NCBI GenBank assembly: GCA_017503375.1
Contig: JAFVTF010000071.1
Coordinates: 3,036-67,035 of the forward strand
Source of the DNA: Lentisphaeria bacterium
Lineage (GTDB): Bacteria; Verrucomicrobiota; Lentisphaeria; Victivallales; UBA1829
DNA: 64,000 nt
Direction: 5' to 3'
This document shows, piece after piece, positions 52,315 to 61,207 of the stretch. Each line of letters starts with the position of its first letter. The stretch's first letter is position 1. The notes under the pieces are model-generated. The model ran no database searches and was not told the DNA's origin. It was given only the letters and a program-made list of their open reading frames with translations. A program made the translations under genes and the position numbers.

Positions 52315-53975
52315 TGAAAAAATCAGTTGCATTGTTTTTAACAATTGCAGCAGCTTGTTTTTTAAGTGCGTGTAAATCATTTGATGCCTGTGACAAGCAG
52401 GCATCAGATGCCGGACTTAAAATAGGCTGGGGCAAGCGTTCGATTGCTCAAAAGGGGCCTGTTCCCATTACTGGTCAGTTCCATTTAAGGGTTTCCCAAG
52501 GGGAGTTCACTCCGGTGATTGCAAGTGCTCTTGCGATATCCAATGAAAAAGATTCTGTGATCTTTGTAACTTTGGATGTTGTTTCTTTTTCTGCTGTTGC
52601 TCTGAAAGAAATTCAGGAAACCCTGAAAAAAGAAGCTCCGGAGATTCCTGTGGAAAAAATCATTATCAATTCCACTCATACTCATGCTGGACCTTCTGCT
52701 GCCGGTCATTTCAAAGGATTCCCCATTGATGTCAAAGTCATTCCGTCTGAAGATGTACGGAAGTTTCAGGTTCGTCAGGTTTCTGATGCGATTAAAGACG
52801 CATGGAAAAACCGGGCTTCCGGTTCCATTTCCTATGGTTACGGTTTTGCAACCACCGGACACAGCCGCCGTGCTGTTTACCTGAAAGATGTCGGCAGAAT
52901 TTTCGGCGGAACTTCCGGAATGGCAATGAACGGTAAAGCTGTTATGTACGGCAGAACGAACTATGAATTGTTTGACGGTTATGAAGCCGGAACCGATGCG
53001 TTCATCAACTTGCTTTATACTTTTGATAAAAAAGGAAAACTGACAGGTGCAATCATTAATGTACCGTGTCCATCCCAGACAAACGAAAGTGTCTGGATGC
53101 TTCATGCAAGTTTCTGGCATAATGTCCGTGAAAAACTTACAGCCAAGTATGGGAATATCGGTGTAATCGGTCAATCCGCAGCAGCCGGGGATCTTTCTCC
53201 GCGTCAGCTTCACTATAACAAAGCGGAACTCCGCCGTTACAAGCTGAAGTATAAGGATAAGATCGAAGCGTATTGCAAAAATCCGATGAAGAATCCTTTT
53301 GCCCGGAACTGGACGAAAGAAGAAGTCCGCGCCCAGGCAGAATCTGATGCCGTGGAACTGATGCGGGCGGAAGATATTGCAAACCGTATCGTGGCTGCCT
53401 TTGATGAAGTGCTGAGCTGGGCAGGTCAGGAAAAGTTCAGTAATCCTGAATTGAAACACGAAATCAAGACAGTCAAGCTTTCCCGCAGATTGTTCCCGAA
53501 AGTTCTTGTTGATGAAGAAAAACAGAAACATGCCGAAGTCATGAAACTGAAATTCAAGACTGACGGAAATGAATGGGAACGTCTTGTCCACAACAGCCGT
53601 CTCAACAGCCGCAGAAGAAGAATCGGCGGAATTCTCACCCGCTACGAAAATCAGGCAAAGAATCCGACTCTTACTACAGATATCCATGTGGTCAGACTTG
53701 GAAATATTGCGTTTGCGACCAACCGTTTTGAACTGTTCCTGGATTATCAGCACCGGATTCAGGCGCGCAGTCCTTTTGAACAGACTTTTATCGTTCAGCT
53801 CGTGACCGATGTCAATGGTGTCGGAAGTTATCTCGCCACTGAAAAAGGTGTTGCCAATAAAGGTTACAGTGCCACACCTTACTGCAACCAGGTTTCTCCC
53901 AAAGGCGGACAGGAACTTGTAGAAGAAACTTTGAAGGCTCTTGATGGTATAAAACCTCAAAAAATAAAGGAGTAA
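52314..53975 (+). CDS. neutral/alkaline-ceramidase-N-terminal-domain-like hydrolase, lipoprotein form (tandem copy 1)
   Basis: The lipoprotein-like signal MKKSVALFLTIAAAC/FLSAC offers two possible lipoboxes. LKIGWGKRSI...PITGQF...VIFVTLDVVSF...IINSTHTHAGP matches the ceramidase N-domain pattern. Its ATG overlaps the DegT stop by 1 nt. Confidence 0.65.
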   Translation: MKKSVALFLTIAAACFLSACKSFDACDKQASDAGLKIGWGKRSIAQKGPVPITGQFHLRVSQGEFTPVIASALAISNEKDSVIFVTLDVVSFSAVALKEIQETLKKEAPEIPVEKIIINSTHTHAGPSAAGHFKGFPIDVKVIPSEDVRKFQVRQVSDAIKDAWKNRASGSISYGYGFATTGHSRRAVYLKDVGRIFGGTSGMAMNGKAVMYGRTNYELFDGYEAGTDAFINLLYTFDKKGKLTGAIINVPCPSQTNESVWMLHASFWHNVREKLTAKYGNIGVIGQSAAAGDLSPRQLHYNKAELRRYKLKYKDKIEAYCKNPMKNPFARNWTKEEVRAQAESDAVELMRAEDIANRIVAAFDEVLSWAGQEKFSNPELKHEIKTVKLSRRLFPKVLVDEEKQKHAEVMKLKFKTDGNEWERLVHNSRLNSRRRRIGGILTRYENQAKNPTLTTDIHVVRLGNIAFATNRFELFLDYQHRIQARSPFEQTFIVQLVTDVNGVGSYLATEKGVANKGYSATPYCNQVSPKGGQELVEETLKALDGIKPQKIKE

Positions 53976-53978
53976 AAA

Positions 53979-55532
53979 ATGGCAAATCAATTGAAAATCG
54001 GATGGGGAAAACGTTCCATCGCACCGGATGCAGCCACGCCCATTCCCGGACAGTTCAATATGCGGGTATCTCTGGGCAGTTTCACGCCGGTGCTTGCAAA
54101 CGCTCTTGTGCTGGAAAATGGCGATGATGCAGTGATCTTTGTTTCCTGCGATGCTGTTTCAATTTCTGTTGAAATTCTCAAGAAAGCGCAGGCTTTTCTG
54201 GCAGAAGATATTCCCGGATTCCCCGTGGACAAGATCATTCTGAACTCCACTCATACCCATGCCGGACCGGGTGACAGAGATATGTCTCCGTATCCCCACA
54301 GCATAGATGTTCTCGGTCCGGAAGATGTAAAAAATTTCATCGGACGTCAGATTGCTGATGCGGTCAAAGAGGCATGGGAAAAACGTGCCCCCGGTGCAAT
54401 TTCCTACGGCTACGGATTTGCCGTTACCGGACACAGCCGCCGGGTAATTTACAGCGATGACTACGGTCTGCGCGGAAATGGAAAGCCCGGTCTTGCCATC
54501 AATGGTCATGGCGTAATGTACGGCAATACCAATGATGACAAGTTTGAAAGCTATGAAGCCGGAACCGATGCTTTCATCAACCTGCTTTATACCTTCGATG
54601 CCAACGGAAAACTTTCCGGAGCGATCGTCAACGTGCCGTGTCCCTCCCAAACAAACGAACATGCGTGGGTGTTCCATGCAAGTTTCTGGCACAATGTCCG
54701 GGAAAAACTTACTGCCAAGTATGGTGATATCGGAGTTGTCGGACAGGCTGCGGCTGCAGGGGACCTCTCTCCCCGTCAGCTTCATTACAGAGAAGCTGAA
54801 GCCCGCCGTTACCGTTTGAAGTATAAAGATAAGATCGATGCTTATATGAAGAACCCGATGTCTTTGCCCGGTGCTGAAAACTGGACCCCGGAACAGCGTC
54901 GTGTACAGAGTGAATATGAAGCGATTGAACAAATGCGTGCTGAAGATATTTCCAGCCGTATTGTTGCAGCATTCGATGAAGTGCTGAGTTGGGCTGATCA
55001 GGAAAAATTCTCTGCACCCGTTCTCAAGCATGAAGTCCGCACTGCTGAACTTTCACGCCGCATGTTCCCGAAAGAAATGATGGAAGAGGAAAAACGGAAT
55101 CTCGAAACCTTCATGGCTGAAGAGTATCTTACAGAGGGCGATAAGTGGGATGTCCTTTATAACAACTCTATTCTTCACAGTAAACGGTTCCGCTGCGGCG
55201 GTGTTGTTTCCCGTTATGAAATCCAGGAAAAACAGCCGACGATCACTTCTGATATCCATGTCGTCCGGATCGGAGATATTGCGTTCGCAACCAACCGGTT
55301 TGAACTTTACATGGATTATCAGCACAGGATTCAGGCACGCAGTCCCTTTGAACAGACCTTTATCGTTCAGCTTGTGACCGGACCCAATGGTATCGGCAGT
55401 TATCTGGCAACGGAACGCGGGGAAAAGAATAAAGGGTACAGCGCATCTCCGTACTGCAATCAGGTTTCCCCGAAAGGCGGGCAGGAACTGGTGGAAGAAA
55501 CGTTGAAAATCCTTAACGAGGTAAAAGAATAA
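53979..55532 (+). CDS. neutral/alkaline-ceramidase-N-terminal-domain-like hydrolase, no signal peptide (tandem copy 2)
   Basis: It starts MANQLKIGWGKRSIAPDAATPIPGQF with no hydrophobic leader. ILNSTHTHAGP is present. It is collinear with copy 1 (FINLLYTFD, NVPCPSQTNE, HASFWHNVREKLTAKYG). Confidence 0.65.
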   Translation: MANQLKIGWGKRSIAPDAATPIPGQFNMRVSLGSFTPVLANALVLENGDDAVIFVSCDAVSISVEILKKAQAFLAEDIPGFPVDKIILNSTHTHAGPGDRDMSPYPHSIDVLGPEDVKNFIGRQIADAVKEAWEKRAPGAISYGYGFAVTGHSRRVIYSDDYGLRGNGKPGLAINGHGVMYGNTNDDKFESYEAGTDAFINLLYTFDANGKLSGAIVNVPCPSQTNEHAWVFHASFWHNVREKLTAKYGDIGVVGQAAAAGDLSPRQLHYREAEARRYRLKYKDKIDAYMKNPMSLPGAENWTPEQRRVQSEYEAIEQMRAEDISSRIVAAFDEVLSWADQEKFSAPVLKHEVRTAELSRRMFPKEMMEEEKRNLETFMAEEYLTEGDKWDVLYNNSILHSKRFRCGGVVSRYEIQEKQPTITSDIHVVRIGDIAFATNRFELYMDYQHRIQARSPFEQTFIVQLVTGPNGIGSYLATERGEKNKGYSASPYCNQVSPKGGQELVEETLKILNEVKE

Positions 55533-56320
55533 TGAAATTTTCCATGATGACTTATACTATGATGCGTCAGCCGGGATATACTCCCGCTGATTGTGTCAGA
55601 GTTGCAGCTGAATTGAAAATGGATGGAATCGACTGGGTTACGACCTATGGCGAAGACCCCGAACTTTTGAAGAAAATGAGTGATGATGCCGGTTTGGTTG
55701 TCGCTGCTCATACGTTCTTTGTTCCCGGCAATAATCTTGCGGAAAAAATCAGCAATGCAGAAAAATCTCTTGATGATGCCTGTGTTTTAGGCGCACCTCT
55801 GGTAATGATTCCGCCCTGTCCGTTCGCAGATGTCCCGGAACCGGAAGAAAACCGCAAACGCTGGATTGAGATCCTGGTCGAAGTCGCTCCGCTTGCAGAA
55901 AAACGGAATCTGATTCTGACCGTGGAAAACTTCCCCGGAGCAGCAAGCTGTTTCGTGACCGCCGATGATTTCTACGAAGCAAAAAAAATCATTCCGTCTC
56001 TCAAATTGACCTTTGACAACGGGAATGCCGCAAGCGGTGAAGATCAGATCGAAAGTTTGAAACGCTGTTTCAAAGATATCGTTCACGTTCACTTCAAAGA
56101 TTGGGATATTTCCACTGAAGCAAAAGAAGGATGGCGGCAAATGCGCGACGGCCGTTATTACACTCCTGCTTTGATCGGTGAAGGGGATATCGACAGCAAA
56201 GCAACTCTTTCTGCCCTGGAAGAACTGGGATATCAAGGTTTCATCAATATTGAGTATGAAAACAACAAATATCCTGCAGATGAAGGAATTCGCAGAGTCC
56301 TGGAATATTTGAGAGGATAA
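55532..56320 (+). CDS. sugar phosphate isomerase/epimerase (xylose-isomerase-like TIM barrel)
   Basis: The family-typical pattern is LILTVENFPG, IVHVHFKDW, GEGDID and GYQGFINIEYE. Its ATG overlaps the upstream stop by 1 nt. Confidence 0.75.
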   Translation: MKFSMMTYTMMRQPGYTPADCVRVAAELKMDGIDWVTTYGEDPELLKKMSDDAGLVVAAHTFFVPGNNLAEKISNAEKSLDDACVLGAPLVMIPPCPFADVPEPEENRKRWIEILVEVAPLAEKRNLILTVENFPGAASCFVTADDFYEAKKIIPSLKLTFDNGNAASGEDQIESLKRCFKDIVHVHFKDWDISTEAKEGWRQMRDGRYYTPALIGEGDIDSKATLSALEELGYQGFINIEYENNKYPADEGIRRVLEYLRG

Positions 56321-56347
56321 TTTCCGGATTTCAAAAATCTGCCTCAA

Positions 56348-56384
56348 GGGACTGTTATCAGCACAGTCCCTTTTTTGTTTTTTT
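56348..56384 (+). terminator. rho-independent terminator of the 51004..56320 operon
   Basis: Stem GGGACTGT (56348..56355) / ACAGTCCC (56363..56370), followed by TTTTTTGTTTTTTT. Confidence 0.75.
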
Positions 56385-56388
56385 ATAC

Positions 56389-56429
56389 AAAAAAAAACTG
56401 CTGCAAATTTTTCGTTGCAGCAGTTTTTT
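56389..56429. terminator. bidirectional terminator serving rho on the minus strand
   Basis: A9, then stem CTGCTGCAA (56398..56406) / TTGCAGCAG (56415..56423), then T6. On the minus strand the hairpin lies 18 nt after the rho stop and is followed by U9. Confidence 0.7.
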
Positions 56430-56441
56430 GTATCAGAATTC

Positions 56442-58580
56442 TTACTGTTGAAGTGTCAGAAGAAATTCGATGTTTGTCTTGATCTTCTTGAGTTTTCCAA
56501 CAATGAGTTCCATTGCTTCCACCGGAGGCACTCCGTTCATGGCTTTCCGGAGAGTCCAAATCCGCTGTAATTCGTCCGGATGCAGCAGCAATTCTTCTTT
56601 TCTGGTACCGGAACTTTCAATATCAATTGCAGGATAAACACGCTTGTCAACGAGACGTCTGTCAAGATGCAGTTCCATGTTTCCGGTACCTTTGAATTCT
56701 TCAAAGATAACTTCATCCATACGGCTTCCGGTATCGATCAGAGCTGTTGCAAGAATGGTCAGACTTCCATGCCCCTCAATATTTCTTGCGGCACCGAAGA
56801 AACGTTTCGGTTTATGGAGTGCATTGGAATCCACACCGCCGGAGAGAATTTTCCCGCTGTGGGGAGCCAGTGTGTTATAGGCTCTTGCCAGACGGGTGAT
56901 GGAGTCCAGAAGAATCACAACATCTTTTCCGTATTCCACCATGCGTTTTGCTTTTTCGATGACCATTTCAGCAACCTGAACGTGGCGTTCGGGCGGTTCG
57001 TCAAAAGTTGAACTGACAACTTCGGCATCGACGACCCGTTTCATATCGGTAACTTCTTCGGGGCGTTCGTCAATAAGAAGAACGATCAAATGAACTTCCG
57101 GATTATTCTTGCGGATGGCATTTGCCATCTTCTGCATGAGAACCGTTTTCCCGGTTCTGGGAGGAGCAACGATCAAACCGCGTTGTCCTTTTCCGATGGG
57201 AGTGACCAAATCTACGACACGCATGGAAATTTCATCGGGAGCGTGTTCCATCATGAGCCGTTCAGTGGGGAAATACGGTGTCAAGCTGGCAAACGGAATG
57301 ATATTGCGTTTCTTTTCCGGCGGTTCGTTGTTGATCGTATCAATTTTCATGATGGCAAAGAACCGTTCTTTTTCTCTGGGAGGACGGATCTGACCGCGGA
57401 CAAAGTCGCCTGTTTTCAGAGAGAATTTACGGATTTGAGCCTGATGGACATAAATATCTTCAGAGGACGGCATATAGCTGTAAGCTGCGGAACGGAGAAA
57501 TCCGTAGCCATCGGGAAGAATTTCCAGAAAACCGCTGCCGTAAACGGCTCCGCTGCGTTCGGTTGTTACCCGCAGGATTTCAAAGACAAGACGGGATTTT
57601 TCCAATGCGCCCAGTCCTTCGATTCCCAGATTGCGCGCCATATCACTCAATTCCATCATGGATTTTTCCTGGAGTTCAGTGATATCAATATCCGGAGCTT
57701 TTTCAAAGACCTGCGGCTGTTCGGGATCGACCGGCACCGTTCCATCAGCGGGAACCATCTGCGGAGGCATTTGCGGCTGCATCTGACGGGGCTGCATGTT
57801 GTTGTAATGCTGCATCATCCGGTCAGGATTCTGGTTCATCTGACGGTAACGGTTATTGTTTCCTCCATTATTGAAACGCCCGTTATTGTTATTATTGCGG
57901 TTATTATTCCGGTTGTTGTTATTGTTCCGGTTATTCTGGAAGTGACCGTTCCGGTTGTTCTGATTCTGCCGCTGCGGGGGTCTTTCGGAATATTCTCTGA
58001 AAAGGATGGCCGCAGAATCATCAATCATTTGAGGTTTCTGCTGCTGAGCTGCCGGCGCCGCCGGGGCAGGGGAATCATCAAAATCATTTTCGGCATCATC
58101 GGAGTGGTAGACGGAGATTTGTTCCTGCTGCTGTTGCTTTTCCGCTTCGTAGCGCAGAATTTCCTGTTGTTCCTGAGCTTCTTTCAGCATGATCTGCTGT
58201 TCTCTCTGTTCGAGAATTTCAGCCCGTTCTTCGCTGTTGAGATTGGCTGAGAGTTCGGGAAGTCTGTCGGGAATTGTCTGGCGTCTGTGTGCCGGAGCCG
58301 TTGCCGGGACGGAATCTTCAACAGAAACGACCAGCTGATCCGGGCGGATATCTTCCGGGATTGATATATCATTGATATCTTCAGCGGGAGCGGTTCTCTT
58401 ACGTCTCTGAGGGACTGTTTTTTCTTCTTCAGCGGGAAGAGCCTGCACATCAGCTGCTGGTGTTCTGCGTGGTCTGCCGCGTTTAGGTTTTTCGGGGGCG
58501 GCTGGCATCGCTGTTTCAGCAGGCGCAGCGTTTTCTTCGGGGATGATGTTCTGGTTGAGTTCGTTTTCTTCGTTAGCCAT
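56442..58580 (-). CDS. rho: transcription termination factor Rho with a ~300-aa N-terminal extension
   Basis: The canonical Rho core runs from [23 protein letters not shown]. It includes [14 protein letters not shown] (the CSD-like RNA-binding domain), Walker [13 protein letters not shown] and the C-terminal [18 protein letters not shown]. The start is set at MANEENE (ATG 58580, GGAGAG RBS) rather than the track start 58598. Confidence 0.9.
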   Translation of the reverse strand: MANEENELNQNIIPEENAAPAETAMPAAPEKPKRGRPRRTPAADVQALPAEEEKTVPQRRKRTAPAEDINDISIPEDIRPDQLVVSVEDSVPATAPAHRRQTIPDRLPELSANLNSEERAEILEQREQQIMLKEAQEQQEILRYEAEKQQQQEQISVYHSDDAENDFDDSPAPAAPAAQQQKPQMIDDSAAILFREYSERPPQRQNQNNRNGHFQNNRNNNNNRNNNRNNNNNGRFNNGGNNNRYRQMNQNPDRMMQHYNNMQPRQMQPQMPPQMVPADGTVPVDPEQPQVFEKAPDIDITELQEKSMMELSDMARNLGIEGLGALEKSRLVFEILRVTTERSGAVYGSGFLEILPDGYGFLRSAAYSYMPSSEDIYVHQAQIRKFSLKTGDFVRGQIRPPREKERFFAIMKIDTINNEPPEKKRNIIPFASLTPYFPTERLMMEHAPDEISMRVVDLVTPIGKGQRGLIVAPPRTGKTVLMQKMANAIRKNNPEVHLIVLLIDERPEEVTDMKRVVDAEVVSSTFDEPPERHVQVAEMVIEKAKRMVEYGKDVVILLDSITRLARAYNTLAPHSGKILSGGVDSNALHKPKRFFGAARNIEGHGSLTILATALIDTGSRMDEVIFEEFKGTGNMELHLDRRLVDKRVYPAIDIESSGTRKEELLLHPDELQRIWTLRKAMNGVPPVEAMELIVGKLKKIKTNIEFLLTLQQ

Positions 58581-58665
58581 TCGTCTCTCCATTTTCATTT
58601 AGAAAAGGGGGGTGATACTGTTCCGTTGTGTCATAAAGAAAATAATGGAATTTTCTGAAAGGATG

Positions 58666-59259
58666 TCAACTGAACAGGAATACCTTGTTGTTTATATATT
58701 TACATTGTTGTTCCAATTTTTCCATGGATTCATCGTTGATGATACCGTAATCTGCGAGTTCCAGTTTTTTATCAGCAGAAAATTGAGCGGTACATCTCCG
58801 GGCAGATTCTTCCGGGGACCATCCCCGTTCAGAAAGGCGTCTCATCTGAATTTCAGGTGGACTCCATACTGCGATTGTTCCGGTTAATCCGATGTTCCAT
58901 TTCCGTTCAAAGAGCAAGGGGATTTCAAAGACTGCCACAGAATTTTCCGGCAGTTGTCTGAAAAATAAGTCAGCCTGTTCTGTCATGGCCGGATACAATT
59001 GACCTTCCAGCCAGCTCAATTCTGACGGATCAGAAAAAACGATTTCAGCGATTTTCTGTTTATCTGTAGTTCCATCAGATTTCAGAGCAGAATTTCCCCA
59101 ACGTTCCCGGAGCTTCTCATGAAAGACACCTCCGGGTGTGTTGTGTATGGATGCACATAACGAATCTGCATCCAGCGTATAGCGTCCCAAATCGGAAAAA
59201 AGTTTCAGAACTGTTGATTTTCCGCATCCGGGAGCACCTGTCAATCCATAAACTCTCAT
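58666..59259 (-). CDS. coaE: dephospho-CoA kinase
   Basis: MRVYGLTGAPGCGKST (P-loop) and IPLLFE are present. ATG 59259 is preferred. The track start 59277 is a TTG that would add 6 residues. Confidence 0.8.
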   Translation of the reverse strand: MRVYGLTGAPGCGKSTVLKLFSDLGRYTLDADSLCASIHNTPGGVFHEKLRERWGNSALKSDGTTDKQKIAEIVFSDPSELSWLEGQLYPAMTEQADLFFRQLPENSVAVFEIPLLFERKWNIGLTGTIAVWSPPEIQMRRLSERGWSPEESARRCTAQFSADKKLELADYGIINDESMEKLEQQCKYINNKVFLFS

Positions 59260-59463
59260 GGTCGGCAGCTCCATCAATTTTAATGAAAATCTGTTTGCCC
59301 GTCAGGACTTTCAGCAAGTGAATTGCAAAGGTAGATAAGTAAAAACCGAAAAAAAACGGAAAAATATCTAAAAAAAACTGCAAACTGACAGGACAGTTTC
59401 GTTAAACGATGCTATATTATACACGCATTTTGAAAAAAGTCAAATCGTAAGGAGTATTTTTTT

Positions 59464-60018
59464 ATGAGAATTTGCAAAGAAACATTGCTGGGTGAGGGAA
59501 AATTCCTTGCTCTGCATGAATTGGAATATGAAGACCGTCATGGTGTGAAACGGAAATGGGAACGCGCTTCCCGCAGAAGAAATTGCGGAGCAGTTGTCAT
59601 TATCGCAACACTCATCCCTTCCGGAAAACTCGTAATGATCCGGCAATACCGTCCGCCTGCAGGAAGGACAGTATTGGAATTTCCGGCAGGCTTGATGGAA
59701 AATAACGAAGCTCCGGAATTGACAGCTTTACGGGAACTCCGGGAAGAAACCGGATACATCGGAACCGTGGATTCTGTTTCCGCTATGGGTTATTCTTCTC
59801 CCGGTATGATCGGAGAAACCGCTTATCTTGTCAAAATGAGTATTCCCGAAGAAAATCAGACGGATTTGCAAACAGACTTTGATGAGGCGGAAGATATAGA
59901 AACCATTCTGATCGAACCGGAACAGTTGAACGATTTTATCCGGCAGGAAGAAGCCGCTGGAAATGGAATCGACCTCAAAGTTGTTGCTTATGCGGCGGCT
60001 CTTCCCCGGGGAGTGTGA
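59464..60018 (+). CDS. NUDIX hydrolase (ADP-ribose pyrophosphatase-like)
   Basis: The Nudix box is present: FPAGLMENNEAPELTALRELREETGY (G-x5-E-x7-REUxEExGU). TAAGGAG RBS. Confidence 0.8.
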   Translation: MRICKETLLGEGKFLALHELEYEDRHGVKRKWERASRRRNCGAVVIIATLIPSGKLVMIRQYRPPAGRTVLEFPAGLMENNEAPELTALRELREETGYIGTVDSVSAMGYSSPGMIGETAYLVKMSIPEENQTDLQTDFDEAEDIETILIEPEQLNDFIRQEEAAGNGIDLKVVAYAAALPRGV

Positions 60019-60021
60019 TTT

Positions 60022-61206
60022 ATGGCAAATCTGGCAGTCCGTTTGAACCCGAAAGCTGCGTTGGCTGTCCGGAAGGGACACCCGTGGGTTTTCTCTGATT
60101 CTATTGTAAAAATCTCCAGAGAAGGAACCCGCGGCGATGTTGCAATCGCTTTTGATCAAAGCGGAAAAAACTGGCTCGGGGCAGGGCTCTATGATCCGGA
60201 ATCTCCGGTGCGGGTCAGAATCCTTACTATCAGACGCAATGATCCGCCTGTGGGAAAAGAGCTGTTCCGAACCTTGTTGAAACGGGCTTTGGAACGCCGT
60301 TTGGAGCATATTCCCGCTGAAACAAATGCCTGGAGAATTATTAACGGGGAATCCGATTCCTTTTCCGGTTTGGTGGCCGATAAATATGCTGATCATGCCG
60401 TCTTGAAAATTTATTCTGCAGCATGGATTCCATATACAACTGTCCTCCGGGAACTTTTGACAGAAGAAGTTCCCGGTGTTACGGCAACCGTTTTGCGTTT
60501 TTCCAGAGAACTGGCAAAATATAAGGAATGTGTTGAAGAGGGAAATTCCGAACCTGTGGAATTCCTTGAAAACGGAATCCGTTTTCAGGCAGATTTGCTG
60601 CGCGGACAAAAGACCGGATTCTTTCTGGATCAGCGTGATAACCGGTATGAAGTGCGGACTCTTTCCAAAGGGAAAAAAGTCCTGAATGTGTTTTCGTTTT
60701 CCGGCGGATTTTCTCTTTCAGCGGCGAAAGGCGGTGCCTCCAAAGTCGTCAGTGTAGATGCCGATGGTCATGCTCTGGATGCGTGCGATCTTCATTTCAG
60801 AATCAACAGGGAGTCCGGGAATATTCCGGATTGTGTTCACTTTGAATTGAAAGGGGATGCTTTTGATATTATGCGAGGGCTCATCGAAAAGAAAGAAAAA
60901 TTCGATATCGTGATCGTGGACCCTCCTTCCTTTGCAAAGTCAAAAGCGGAAGTGCCGACAGCATTGAATACATACAGCCGTCTGGCTTCTTTGGCAGTGA
61001 AACTCTGTGTTCCCGGAGGAATGTTGATCTTTGCATCCTGTTCCAGCCGGGTCTATGCTGATGAATTGTTTGAACGGGTAAAGAGTGTAGCTTCAGCCGC
61101 AGGGCGTCCGCTCCGGGAATGGAAACGGACAGCCCATGCGTTTGATCATCCTGCACTGTTTGCAGAATCCTCTTATCTGAAGTGTATGTATGCGGAAGTC
61201 CGCTGA
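60022..61206 (+). CDS. class I SAM-dependent rRNA methyltransferase (RlmI/RlmK-like, PUA + MTase)
   Basis: The sequence shows the N-terminal KGHPWVFSDSI, GQKTGFFLDQRDNR, the SAM-binding VLNVFSFSGGFSL and IVIVDPPSFAKS. Confidence 0.8.
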   Translation: MANLAVRLNPKAALAVRKGHPWVFSDSIVKISREGTRGDVAIAFDQSGKNWLGAGLYDPESPVRVRILTIRRNDPPVGKELFRTLLKRALERRLEHIPAETNAWRIINGESDSFSGLVADKYADHAVLKIYSAAWIPYTTVLRELLTEEVPGVTATVLRFSRELAKYKECVEEGNSEPVEFLENGIRFQADLLRGQKTGFFLDQRDNRYEVRTLSKGKKVLNVFSFSGGFSLSAAKGGASKVVSVDADGHALDACDLHFRINRESGNIPDCVHFELKGDAFDIMRGLIEKKEKFDIVIVDPPSFAKSKAEVPTALNTYSRLASLAVKLCVPGGMLIFASCSSRVYADELFERVKSVASAAGRPLREWKRTAHAFDHPALFAESSYLKCMYAEVR

Positions 61207-61207
61207 A

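Noticed and set aside
57753-57977. The AAT/AAC-rich imperfect trinucleotide repeat read as a non-coding microsatellite or intergenic repeat.
   Set aside because: It is in frame within the rho ORF and encodes the Asn-rich tract. It is treated as a coding low-complexity region.
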